A DNA stretch of 51,060 bases from Chiloscyllium plagiosum (lineage: Eukaryota), in the NCBI RefSeq assembly GCF_004010195.1, contig NC_057750.1:696181-747240 (forward strand), read 5' to 3'. Numbering within the stretch: position 1 is the stretch's first letter; each line of letters opens with the position of its first letter. A program made the translations under genes and the position numbers. Below, piece after piece: positions 36,661 to 48,806 of the stretch. Under the pieces are notes generated by a model. That model had not been told where the DNA came from. It saw only the letters and a program-made list of their open reading frames with translations, and searched no databases.

Positions 36661-37529
36661 GTGAGTCCAGTGCAACCATTCTGAGGAATTCCAGGAGCAC
36701 TTTTGGGGAGAGCTGTGCAGGCATCAGTCAGTCACTCATTGTTCAGAACAAATATTCAGTGTTTTGTTAATCATCTTCAGCTGGTGGGGACCATTGGTAA
36801 TGCCAGGGTTTAGTTAACCATTCCTGGTTTGCCTGGGGGGCTCAAGTAAATATCTTGCTGCGTTACTTCAGAAGGCACTGGACTGTTGCTTATTTTCTAG
36901 GCAGTTGAGTGAGACATAGCCCCAGACCGGGAAGGAAAGGAGTTTTTGGTGGTACCCCGGATTTTAATGCAAATTTAGGAAAACAAAAATGTAACCAGTT
37001 ATCCATGTAATCTTATCAAATGGCAGAACAAGCTCGATGGGCTGAGTGGTCTGCTGTTGGTTTTTTGCTCTTATAAATGTGGTTACATTTTCTTTTAAGT
37101 TATTGACGGAGCCATTCCTAGTCCGGAGAATAAGAAAGTTCTTCAACCACAATAGCTGGCCATGACTGGGCCACACTGGACCATCACCCTTCTCATCAGT
37201 TACACTAATTCCATGGAAGAGATTCTCTCGTATTTTTGCTGAAGAGTTCAAACTCTGTCACATATTCTTGATCTCAGTTCTAAAGCTCCTACAGAGTTAG
37301 GGAAAATGGGAGTTCAAGTGTGATTATGGATGTTTTGCAGATTAATCAATTTTTAAAAATTCAGCACAGAATACTGGTCATTGCTTGATTCGGACTGACC
37401 TTACAATGAGGATTCAGTGGTTAAGAATCATCTAGAAGTTTTCTAATATCCAGAAATGGGCTGAACCCTCCTGTTTGTATTGGATGGCCATATACCCACA
37501 GAATGTTTGCAGTCCTGATTCATTAACCA

Positions 37530-37754
37530 TGTTTGTGTCCATGTGTGTCTGTGATTTCAGGTATGTATTTTTGTGTTCATGTGTGCATTGTGTATAGTCA
37601 TGTGTGCATATTTGTGTGTGTTTGTGCATGTATGTGTGCTCATATGTGTTTGCACATGTTCGCAGGTGAGTTTGCGTGTGTGTTCATGTGCATGTTTGTG
37701 TATATGTGTGTTTATGTATGTGACTATACATGTGTGTGAGTGTGTGTGTGAGTA
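37530..37754. repeat. Degenerate (GT)n microsatellite
   Basis: GT/AT/GC dinucleotide tract. Confidence 0.9.
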
Positions 37755-37767
37755 TATATAATGGGAT

Positions 37768-37915
37768 AAAAACAATGACTGCAGATGCTGGAAACCAGAT
37801 TCTGGATTAGTGGTGCTGGAAGAGCACAGCAATTCAGGCAGCATCCGAGGAACAGCTTTTGCTGCTCGTCGGATGCTGCCTGAATTGCTGTGCTCTTCCA
37901 GCACCACTAATCCAG
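37768..37915. mobile_element. PLE family 1 palindromic element, 13-bp TSD
   Basis: tatataatgggat at 37755-37767 and 37916-37928. Perfect 47-bp inverted repeat at 37802-37848 / 37869-37915. Confidence 0.92.
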
Positions 37916-39379
37916 TATATAATGGGATGCAGAGTAATGTAACCTTCGAGCCCTTGGTGGTGTGGTGAGGTATTTTGCTGAGTGATTGGTGTGTTGAAGT
38001 GAAATATTCAGCTGTTTATAATGCAAAACAATTCACACTTCATCATCCTGAAGTAACCAATTTGCTAAACTGATGTTTATGGGGGAAATGGTTGAAGGTG
38101 ATGGTCTTCGTTGTGGCTGGTGAGAGGATGTTTATATATGAAATGTTCCTGAAGCACTTTGATACCATTTGATGATTTCTCCCTGGATCACTGAAAGTCA
38201 AGTGTGTTACAGTGTGGTTCAATAACAGTGTAAAATTATGAGATAGAGAATGAGAGACAAGCAATAGACACAATGAATAATGTGTGGGAGGACAAGCTAA
38301 AGATCGACAAGGAGGATTACAGTGTGTGTGAGAGAGAGAGAGAGAGGAGATGTATTGGTACATGATTTAAATACTAATATTTCACCGATATCTGGGTCAC
38401 AATACAACCTGTCCTGAAGGGATTAAAGTTTCCTCTTCTCTTGATCGTAAGGATCTGATTTGAAATAAGTTTGAAAAACAGTACTCCTAATCAGAGTAGG
38501 TATGTACAAACCGAGCAGACTGTACATCAGTAATAAGGAATCAACTAGATTTCTTTGAGCTTCAAATGGGGTGAAATGCGAGATCAGATCTGCCTGAATC
38601 CTGGGTTCAGAAACTCAAGCTCCAGGGAGCTGTACTCTATAGGGAGCTACAGCCCAGCTGAGTTCAGTGTTGATGCTGATGATCTGAAATAGGAAAAGAT
38701 TTCAATATGAGAGTGCTAACACTCCATGCTTTCAAAAAAACCTATGAATCAAAGTTACAGACCGAAAGGACTAACAGCAAGAGATGGATAGGCTAGAGAG
38801 AGGACCATCTCCTATCATGAACAGTTTGCAAAAACTATTTTCAAGGTCAGAATCTAATCAAAATAGTTGAAAGGAGATCAAAATAATATTCAGCTCTTTT
38901 GCAAATGAAAGTATGTGGTGGAATCAATAATAGTCAAAGTGAAGTCGGGGTAAAGGTAAGATTTCCCTGACTAATGAAAGATACTAAATCTTCGAAACCA
39001 ATCTCATTCCTAGGCCCCCTGGCTCTCTGTGAAGCACTTAACGAAAAAGAATTCTCAGTTGAAAACTTCCTCTTGAGGCACATTTACTTGGTGTAGAAAG
39101 GAAATGATTTAAATTTCTGGTGTTCAGGAGGTCTGATGTTGGAAAACCATTTATTTCTTACTGCCCTGCTTTATGGAGATGAGGTGCCATTAAAAATAAA
39201 GGTCAGTTTTAGTCACAAACTGTAATTGAATGTAATTCTCAGTGATTCCATCAGAAATTATACAAAACACAAATGAAACGGATTCAATTTCTTGAATCAT
39301 GTTGAGTTGTTCCGACTAGAATCCAGAATCTGGAATCCATCCTATTAATGAAGGATGAGATAAAGGCAGCAAGCAACCT

Positions 39380-39600
39380 CATTCTGATGGACGGTCTCAA
39401 TGGAATGCTCCTTTTGTGATTGTTGATGGCATGAAGCTACCTAACTGTCATTGTGAGTGCTGGTCCTGGCATTGTCCACTACCCCAAGCTGCTGTCACCT
39501 CTGGTCTGCTGCCAGCCCACAGGAGGTGTCAGTGTTTTCTGTTGTTGTTAGCTAGTGTTTCCCAGAGCAGTAGAACCTGCATCAACTGTTCCAGTTTTGG
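39380..39600 (-). mobile_element. RTE-like LINE 3' remnant
   Basis: Minus strand encodes WETLANN..HLLWAG, like the W..LA.DR..WR end motif of RTE ORFs. Very decayed. Confidence 0.45.
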
Positions 39601-40177
39601 GTTGGACGGCAAAACCAATAGCCAGCTTGTGAAGCTCCTGGGCAGCTCAGGGCTGTTTCAGGTACACTGGCTATAGANNNNNNNNNNNNNNNNNNNNNNN
39701 NNNNNNNNNNNNNNNNNNNNNNNNNNNNNNNNNNNNNNNNNNNNNNNNNNNNNNNNNNNNNNNNNNNNNNNNNNNNNNNNNNNNNNNNNNNNNNNNNNNN
39801 NNNNNNNNNNNNNNNNNNNNNNNNNNNNNNNNNNNNNNNNNNNNNNNNNNNNNNNNNNNNNNNNNNNNNNNNNNNNNNNNNNNNNNNNNNNNNNNNNNNN
39901 NNNNNNNNNNNNNNNNNNNNNNNNNNNNNNNNNNNNNNNNNNNNNNNNNNNNNNNNNNNNNNNNNNNNNNNNNNNNNNNNNNNNNNNNNNNNNNNNNNNN
40001 NNNNNNNNNNNNNNNNNNNNNNNNNNNNNNNNNNNNNNNNNNNNNNNNNNNNNNNNNNNNNNNNNNNNNNNNNNNNNNNNNNNNNNNNNNNNNNNNNNNN
40101 NNNNNNNNNNNNNNNNNNNNNNNNNNNNNNNNNNNNNNNNNNNNNNNNNNNNNNNNNNNNNNNNNNNNNNNNNNNNN

Positions 40178-41749
40178 AGTGCTAAATAAATATTTTTTGT
40201 CAGTATTCACACTGGAAAAAGATAATGGGGTTGAGGAGATTACGGAGAAACAGGGGATTGAGGTTCACAAGGAAGAGGTATTAACAATTCTGGAGTGTGT
40301 AAAAATAGACAACTCCCCTGGACTATATGGGATTTATCCTAGGATTCTCTGGGAAGCCAGGGAAGAGATTGCCGAGCCTTTGGTTTTGATCTTTATGTTG
40401 TCATTGTCTACAGGACTAGTGCCAGAAGACTGGAGGATAGCAAATGTGGTTCCCTTGTTCAAGAAGGGGAGTAGAGACAACCCTGGTAATTATAGACCAG
40501 TGAGCCTTACTTCAGTTGTAGGTAAAATGTTGGAAAAGGATATAATCATCACAATAGGAATAAGTTGATTAGGGATAGGCAACACGGTTTTGTGAAGGGT
40601 AGGTCGTGCCTCACTAACCTCACTAAATTCCCCACGGTAGACTATTGAAGAAAAAAAACAGAGGCGTGGGATTGAGGGTGATTTAGTGGTTTGGATCAGA
40701 AATTGGCTAGCTGAAAGAAGACAGAGGGTGGTGGTTAATGGGAAATGTTCATCCTGGAATTCAGTTACAAAGATCTGTTTGGGTCCACTGCTGTTTATCA
40801 TTTTTATAAATGACCTGGATGAGGGCGTAGAAGGATAGGTTAGCAAATTTGTGGATGACACTAAGGTCGGTGGAGTTGTGGTTAGTCCAAAGGATGTTGT
40901 AGGTTACAGAGGGATATTGATACGTTGCAGAGCTGGGCTGAGAGCTGGTAAGTGGAGTTTAATGTAGTAAAGTATGAGGTTATTCACTTTGGAAGGAGTA
41001 ACAGGAATGCAGAGTACTGGGATAATGGTAAGATTCTTGGTAGTGTAGATGAGCAGAGAGATCTCGGTGTCCATGTACATAGATCCCTGAAAGTTGCCAC
41101 CCAGGTTGATAGGGTTGTTAAGAAGGCATACGGTGTGTTAGCTTTTATTGGTAGAGGGATTGAGTTTTGTAACCATGAGATAATGCTGCAGCTGTACAAA
41201 ACTCTGGTGTGGCCGCACTTGGAGTAATGTGTACAGTTCTGGTCACCGCATTATAGGAAGGATGTGGAAGCTTTGGAAAAGGTTCAGAGGAGATTTACTG
41301 GGATGTTGCCTGGTACGGAGGGAAGGTCTTATGAGGAAAGGCTGAGGGACTTGAGGCTGAGGGACTTGCGGCTGTTTTCATTGGAGAGAAGAAGGTGACT
41401 TAATTGAGACGTATAACATAATCAGAGGGTTCGATAGTGAGAGCCTTTTTTCCTCAGATGGTGAAGGCTAGCACGAGGGGACATAGTTTTAAATTGAGGG
41501 GTGATAGATATAGGACAGATGTCAGAGGTAGTTTCTTTACTCAGAGAGTAGTAAGGGTGTAGAATGGCCTGCCTGAAACAGTAGTAGACTCACCAACTTT
41601 ATGAGCATTTAAATGGTCATTGGATAAACATATGGACGAGGATGGAATAGTGAAGGATAGATGGACTTCAGATCGGTTCCACAGGTTGGCACAACATTGA
41701 AGGCTGAAGGGCCTCTACTGCGCTGGAATGTTCAATGTTCTATATTCTA
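40178..41749 (+). mobile_element. CR1/HER1-type LINE, RT region to 3' tail, pseudogenised
   Basis: WRIANVVPLFKKGSRDNPGNYRPVSLTSVVGK, QHGF, FINDLD..SKFVDDTK, LYKTLVWPHLE. Stops, frameshifts and deletions; ttcta-like tail. Confidence 0.95.
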
Positions 41750-41809
41750 CCTCCTGTAAAACTGGAGACCCAGTTACCATACCGTGTTGGTCAAACACCT
41801 CGAAATTAC

Positions 41810-42260
41810 CTAGGAACATAGGAACAGGAGTAGGCCATTCAGCCCCTCAATTTTGTTCTGCCATTCAATGGGATCATGGCTGATCTGTGGCCTAACTCCA
41901 TATCACTGACTTTGGCCCATATCCCTTAATACTTTTGCTTCACAGAAACTTATATCTCTCAGATTTAAAATTAACAACTGATCCAGCATCCACTGCCAAT
42001 TGTGGAAGAAGAGTTCCAAACCTCTCCCAGCCTTTGCATGTGGAAGTGCTTCTTGCTATATCTCCTGAACACTCTGGCCCTCAGTCTCAGACTCTGTCAC
42101 TGGTTCTCGAATCTTCAACCAGTGGAAATAGTTTATCTTTATCTACCCTGGCTTTCCCTGTTACTATCTTGAAGACTTCAAACAGATCACCACTTAAACC
42201 TCTACGTTCTGGAGAAAACAGACCAAACATGCATAAACTCTACTCATAACCTGAAGTCCA
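41810..42260 (-). mobile_element. CR1 LINE 3' fragment (second tail family)
   Basis: aggaacaggagtaggccattcagcccctc tail followed by a decayed ORF2 end. Confidence 0.85.
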
Positions 42261-42499
42261 AATATCATTTTAGTAATCACACATTAAACTCTTTCAATCA
42301 CATTCTCCACCAAGTACTTAGTTAACTCTTCCTAATTCCAGCACTGCCTTTTTGTATAATATGACTGACTTTAGATAGCAGCTCTCAGAGCAAAGCAATG
42401 AATACTTTTGGACATGGCTACAGTTCTACAGTAACATTCTGTATTTATTTTCACAAGATATCTTCACCTAACTGACAATGAAAAGAATGATCATTGGAA

Positions 42500-44165
42500 C
42501 TGTTTGGATGTTAATAGTGGGAGGAACATTGGCCAGTAATAATCTCTGCTGTTCTTCTTAGAACAATTTCCTGAGATCATTAACATTTACCTGATTGAAG
42601 AATTCTCAATATAAAGACAGATCTGAAAAATAAATCTCATCAGTACTGACCCTCCAACGGTGCAGCACTCCCTCAGTACTGACCTTCTGACAGTGCGGCA
42701 ATCCCTCAGCACTGACCCTCCAAAAGTGTGGAACTCCCTCAGCCCTGACCCTCCAACAGTGCAGCACACCCTCAGCACTGACCCTCCGACAGTGCGGCAC
42801 TCTCTCAGCACTGACCCTCCAACAGTGTGGCACTCCCTCAGCACTGACCCTACGACAATGTGGCACTCCCTCAGCACTGACCCTCCAACATACCAGAGCT
42901 CCCTCAGCACTGACCCTGACATTGCGGCACATCCTCAGTACTGACCCTCCAACCGTGTGGCACTCCCTCATCACTGACCCTACGACAATGTGGCTCTCCC
43001 TCAGCACTGACCCTCCAACAGAGCAGAGCTCCCTCAGCACTGACCCTGACATTGCGGCACACCCTCAGTACTGACCTTCCGACAGTGCGGCACTCCCTCA
43101 GCACTGACCCTCCAACCGTGTGGCACTCCCTCAGCACTGACCCTACGACAGTGTGGCATTCCCTCAGCACTGACCCTCCAATAGAGCAGAGCTCCCTCAG
43201 CACTGACCCTGACAGTGCAGCACTCCCTCAGCACTGACATGCTGACAGTGCAGCACTCCTTCAGCACTGACCCTCCAACAGTGCAGCACTCCCTCAGCAC
43301 TAACCCTCTGACAGTGCGGCACTCCCTCAGCACTGACCCTCCAACAGTGTGGCACTCCCTCTGCACTGACCCTCAGATAGTGCAGCACTTCCTCAGCACT
43401 GACCCTGCAACAGTGAGGCACTCCCTCAGCACTGACCCTCCGACAGAGCGACACTCCCTCAGCACTGACCCTCCAACAGTGTGGCACTCCCTTAGCACTC
43501 ACCCTGACAGTGTGGTACTGCCTTAGCACTGACCCTCCGACAGTGCAGCACTCCCTCAGCACTGACCCTCCAATAGTGCAGCACTTCCTCAGCTCTGACA
43601 GTGTGGCCCTTCCTCAGCACTGACCTTCTGACAGTGCAGTACTCCCTCAGCACTGACCCTCCGACAGTGCCCACTCCCTCAGCACTGACTCTCCGACAAT
43701 GTGGCACTCCCTCAGGACTGACCTTCTGACAGTGTGGCACTCCCTCAGCACTGACCCTCCAACAGTGCAGCACTCCCTCAGGACTGGCCCTCCAACAGTG
43801 CGGCACTCCCTCACTACTGACCCTCCGACAGTGTGGTACTGCCTCAGCACTGACCCTCCGACAGTGCGGCACTCCCTCAGCACTGACCCTCCAACAATGT
43901 GGCACTCCCTCAGCATTGACCCTCCGACAGTGTGGCACTGTCTCAGCTCTGACCCTCCGACAGTGTGGCACTCCCTCAGCATTGACCCTCCGACAGTGTG
44001 GCACTCCCTCAGCACTGACCCTACGACAGTGCGGCACTCCCTCAGCATTGACCCTCCGACAGTGTGGCACTGTCTCAGCTCTGAAGTGTTTGTCTGGATC
44101 TGATGCTGAAATGTTTGGCTGGAGAGTCGATTAATCATGTTCTCACCCCAAGGGCAGTCTTTCCC
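42500..44165 (-). mobile_element. Deu-domain SINE remnant hosting the 33-bp array
   Basis: Flanks 42510-42640 (attggccag..ctgctgttcttc..gagatc..acctga..tctcatc) and 44081-44160 resemble consecutive parts of the recalled SacSINE1-type consensus. Confidence 0.5.
42640..44085. repeat. 33-bp minisatellite, about 44 units
   Basis: Same unit as 9386-10035, with shorter deletion variants. Confidence 0.95.
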
Positions 44166-44569
44166 TCCCCGAGCTTATTCCTCCCCAACATACGGCCGGG
44201 CCTCCTTGTTTAATTGTTAATTCCTCTCTCCTGTGATCACCGTTTAACTTCAATAAGCTGCTTATATCCACATTATCCTGTTTTCCCAGCATGTTAAAGA
44301 GCTGTATTTTTCTCCCAATCCTCCTTTGTGCAGTGAAAAACAAGTTTAATTCAGTAATCCCTCCTTCCTAACTTGGCGTTTGACATCAAAGGATAATCTC
44401 TTTTGCTGCTCTCTAAATCCTGTCTCAATAACTCCAGAACGGTTGAAAGATGTTTCACAGGGTTTCTCTGTGGAGTCTGACAGGGGGTATATGAGCAGGG
44501 GTCAAATTGTCAAACTATTGTGCACAGCTATGAGCTGGGAAGGGTCTTACGAGAGGTTGGAGCTGGTAA

Positions 44570-44860
44570 AACCATATTGCTTTGTGGGATATGTGTATTT
44601 GATTCCACAATTCCAACACCCTCACGCTGGACTGTTCATAATTGATCTATTGCAGATATTTCAATACAGGAAGGATCAAGAGGCACTTTCAAAAGCGTAA
44701 AGATCATTTACAAAGATGTTACCAGAAACGTGTTGTTTCTAAACATATTAGGAAAGGTTGGACAGGCTGGTTCTCTATTTCCTTAAAAATTAGACGGACG
44801 GGTAACTTCATCAAGGTCTTTAAAACGATGAAAGGTTTTGATAAACTGGACATTTAGAGA
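44570..44860 (+). mobile_element. Old CR1 ORF2 remnant
   Basis: cctcacgctgga...aggaaggat...atttacaaagatgttaccag...atcaaggtctttaaaacgatgaaagg. Confidence 0.6.
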
Positions 44861-44899
44861 ATGAGGCTTCCCTACCCAGAGCCCGAGTCTGTTATTGAG

Positions 44900-45610
44900 T
44901 TATAGAGTCATAGAGATGTACAGCACAGAAACAGAATTTCGGTCCAACCCGTCCATGCTGACCAGATATCCCAACCCCATCTAGTCCCACCTGCCAGCAC
45001 CCGGCCCATATCCCTCCAAACCCTTCCTATTCATATACCCATCCAAATGCCTCTTAAATGTTGCAATTGTACCAGCCTCCACCACATCCTCTGGCACCTC
45101 ATTCCATACACATACCACCCTCTGTGTGAAAAAGTTGCTGTTTGTGTCCCTTTTAAATCTTTCCCCTCTCACCCTAAACCTATGCCCTCTAGTTCTGGAC
45201 TCCCCTACTCCTGGGAAAAGACCTTGTCTATTTACCCTATCCATGCTTCTCATAATTTTGTAAACCTCTATAAGGTCACCCCTCAGCCTCCGACATTCCA
45301 GGGAAAATAGCACCAACATTTCCCTATATTTCAAACACAGCAAATCTGGCAAGATCCTTGTAAATCTTTTCTGCACCCTTTCAAGTTTCACACCATCATT
45401 AATGCAGTATTCAGAAGTGGCCTCACCAGCGTCTTGTACAGCCACAGTGCAATACTCAATACTCTGACCAATAAAGGAAAGCATACCAAACACCTTCTTC
45501 ACTATCTATCTACCTGCAACTCCACTTTCAAGGAGCTATGAACCTGCACTCCAAGGTCTCTGAGTTCACCAACGCTCCCCAGGACCCTACCATGAAGTGT
45601 GAATGTCTTG
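44900..45610 (-). mobile_element. CR1 LINE 3' fragment
   Basis: ORF 44981-45502: LERVQKRFTRILP...RRLRGDLIEVYKIM...TRGHRFRV...FFTQRVVCVWN. Confidence 0.95.
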
Positions 45611-45734
45611 ATAGGAGTACTCTGATCCACCCACTTCTTTGGGTGGAACCTATGCTATAGCAGCTGCCTTTAATCTCTTCCTTTGTTAATGCCTGTCTGG
45701 TCTTTCTCCATCACTGAAAAGCTCCATCCCAGAC

Positions 45735-46075
45735 AGCATCCTGGTGAATCCCCTCTGTGCCCCCTCCAGTACCATCACATCCTTCCTATAGTGTGGGGAC
45801 CAGAACTGCACACAGTCCTCCAGCCGTGGTCAAACCAAAGTCCTGTACAGCTCCAACATCACCTCCTGACTCTTGTACTCAATATCTTGGCTAATAAATT
45901 CAAGTATTGGACATTATCCACTTTATCTATCAGTTCATGTGCCTTCAAATATCCATCAAGTCCCCATGATCCTCTGCACTTCCAGTGTCCCACCATTTAC
46001 CATGTACTGCTACACCATGTTAGATCTCCCAGAATACACAAGCCCACACTTGTCAGGATTGACTTCCATTTACTG
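45735..46075 (-). mobile_element. Old CR1 ORF2 remnant
   Basis: cagcatcctggtgaatcc...accagaactgcacacagt..tcctgtacagctccaacat. Confidence 0.75.
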
Positions 46076-46120
46076 CTGTTCAGATCCCCTGAGGCAGACA
46101 TCCAGGATACACACTGATTA

Positions 46121-46255
46121 CAAACCAAAACAAACTGCAGATGCTGTAAATCAGAGACTAAAACAGAAATTGCTGGAAAAGCTCAGCAGGTCTGGCAGGG
46201 TCTGTGGAGAGGAATCAGAGTTCACGTTCTGGGTCAAGTAACCCTTCCTCAGAAG
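46121..46255 (-). mobile_element. PLE family 3 terminal fragment, decayed hammerhead
   Basis: Minus strand reads CTGAGGA-A-GGGTT-ACTT-GACCC-AGAACGT (GAAA box mutated). Confidence 0.75.
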
Positions 46256-46694
46256 TGATCTCACAAGTGATGTGTCTCACAGAGAGCCCAGCCTGACAAA
46301 GCAACATTTACCACTCAGTTGTAGTGGCTTTTCAGCATTAGGTTGGCTTAAACGTGCATAAATTTGCAGAACTTTAAACGTGAATTATATTCGGAGGAAA
46401 CAGTTTCCACAATTATTTGTGTTGGTTTAAACATTCAGCTCGTGAATACAGTCACACCCTCGAATCAAATTAATCCTGGTGAGGTTCTCTAATTGCTTCT
46501 GTTTGTGAGCTTCAAGTGGGCTTTCAAGTGAAGTTGGTTCTTCAGACACAAGGGTTGTAATAGGCACCGCTTAAATGCTTTCAAATTATTTAATTTATTA
46601 ATAACTAGACTACCTGTTTGTTGTGACTTGATACTGAGTTCTCTCTTGGAGAGAGGTTGTCAGGTGGTCACAGGCTAATTGAATAGTGTGAACA

Positions 46695-46910
46695 CTCTTC
46701 CCAGAATTGAACAGAGTACTCTAAGTGTGGCCTCACCAAAGTCTTATAAAGCTGCAACATGACATCCTGACCCTTGCACATTCAATTCCCTGATCAATAA
46801 ACGTAAGCATGGCTTCGACCTTCTTTACCATGTCCACTGTCAGGGAGCTATGGAGCCCAAGATCCCTCTGTTCGGGGTCCTGCCATTAACTGTATCCTTT
46901 TCCTTCACAT
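46695..46910 (-). mobile_element. CR1 ORF2 remnant
   Basis: cagagtactctaagtgtggcctcaccaaagtcttataaagctgcaacatgac. Confidence 0.75.
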
Positions 46911-47299
46911 GTTTTCAATAAATTAAAACTCCAGTGATGGCTGACATTGATTTTTCTTGTGGTATTTTAATTATATTTAGCTATTAACTGAACAATACCA
47001 AATTACAACTCTTAAATGTAAAAGAATGTTTTTAATGCAGATTGCATTTCATTTCATTCTTAAATCACAGAATCACAGGCATGTTGAAGTACAGAAGAAA
47101 TACAATCTCCTGCTTTCTGCTCACACCCTTACACCATATTTTCATTGGAAAATATTGCCTGATGATGCTGCTTCTCTCCTGTGCTCAGCAGTTTGTAAAT
47201 GTCCTCACGTGGAACTTCAAACACTAACTTCAATTCAGGAAACCAGTCTGAGTTTCACCTGAATTGTTGGTCAGAGCTGAGGAGGGGAAGACCACAGCT

Positions 47300-47415
47300 C
47301 TTCATAGAAGGCTCCAAATCACTGAAACTGTCACCGAGACAGGGGACGATTCGCTAATCAACTTCCCAGCTCAGCGAACACACCCACAACCACAGCAACT
47401 AGCACCTGAGCTTGA
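47300..47415 (+). mobile_element. PLE family 4 fragment, decayed
   Basis: cactgaaactgtcaccgagacaggggacga..ttcccagctcagcgaaca is the reverse complement of the 17171-17308 family. Confidence 0.65.
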
Positions 47416-47659
47416 ATGGACTGAAGGGATAGCACAAGCCCAGGTTCCTGACTGGGGTGTGTATTCCAATGGTTTGATTCGACACACTCAGTAACTGGCT
47501 ATAACTCTGCCACAGGCCAACAGACTGGGTAGGAGGGGCAAGAGGCCATTCAGCCCCTTGACCCTGCCTTACCCTTCTAGAATGTCGCAGTTGATCTCTT
47601 TGTTGTGCTGTACATCTCTATGACTCTGCGACTCTGCGTTGTTAACACAGGTGGAGAGG

Positions 47660-48050
47660 TCCATGTTGAGGTGGGGACCTGATTGAAGCCTACAAAATCA
47701 TGAGAGGTATAAACTGGGTGGATAGCAAGAAGTGTTTTCACAGAGTCGGGGACTCAATTACTCAGGGTCACAAGTTCAAAGTGAGAGAAAAGGTTTAGGG
47801 AAGATATGTGTGGGAAGTTCTTTACGCAGAGAGTGCTGGATATCTGTTACACGTTGCTAGTGGAGGTGGCAGAGGCAGGTACGATAGCGTCATTTAAGAT
47901 GTATCTAGACATATACATGATGGGCAGGGAGCAGAGGGATACAGATCCTTGGAATATAGGCGTCAGGTTTAGATAGAGGATCTGGATCGGCACAGGCTTG
48001 GAGGGCCGAAGGGCCTGTTCTTGTGCTGTAACATTCTTTGGTCTTTGTGT
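47660..48050 (+). mobile_element. CR1 LINE 3' fragment
   Basis: LRWGPD/GDLIEAYKIMRGI-like decayed ORF2 end and tail ggagggccgaagggcctgttc. Confidence 0.88.
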
Positions 48051-48304
48051 TTTTGGAGTCTGCTGGCATATCTCACAGTCTGGGATTATATTATACTTTC
48101 ATGTTGAATATTTTCCTGTATATTTCACCCCTGATGTAGGTGGCAGGGTATTCTGATATTGACAGCATCTATCTGCTGGGTGACTGCAACATGCTGAGAC
48201 TGTGGCCTGACATATCATGGTGATGAAACAGCTCAATTAGCAAAACCCCTTTGTATTTCCCATGTTGAATCCAAGGGAGAGAGTTGGACAAATAACTATA
48301 GAGC

Positions 48305-48640
48305 CAAGGAGTCAGAGAGATGTACAGCATGGGAAGAGAGCCATCAGGCCGACTCATCCATGCTGGCCTGATGTCCTAAATTAATCTAGTCCCATTTGCC
48401 AGCACTTGGCCCATATCCCTCTAAACCCTTCCTATTCATATACCCATCCAGATGCCTTTTAAATGCTGTAATTGTACCAGCCTCCACCACTTCCTCTGGC
48501 AGCTCATTCCATACACGTACCACCCTCTGTGTGAAAAAGTTGTCCCTTAGGTCTCTTTTATATCTTTCCCCTCTCACCCTAAACCTATGCCCTCTAGTCT
48601 GGACTCCCCCACCCCCCAGGGAAAAGACCTTGTCTATTTA
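48305..48640 (-). mobile_element. CR1 LINE 3' fragment
   Basis: ORF 48386-48577: FFTQRVVRVWNELPEEVVEAGTITAFKRHLD. Confidence 0.93.
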
Positions 48641-48806
48641 AATCTTGAAAGCAAGTTCAAGTGCGTGGAGACCACACAACAGGGACACTCTGATGATGCT
48701 TTTTTGGAGAATCAGGGAAACAGAGAATGTAACTGCCACTGCGTCTCAGTGAGCTATCTGCCTCTCCTTGTTCAGGTCTGAGTCAGGAACTTTTGTTTAC
48801 CCTGTC

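Noticed and set aside
40179..41227. Functional reverse transcriptase gene
   Set aside because: Stops, frameshifts and internal deletions show a dead CR1 copy.
42640..44085. CRISPR-like array (33-bp period, palindromic unit); also 9386-10035 and 29356-29935
   Set aside because: Units are head-to-tail with no unique spacers, there are no cas genes, and the context is vertebrate.
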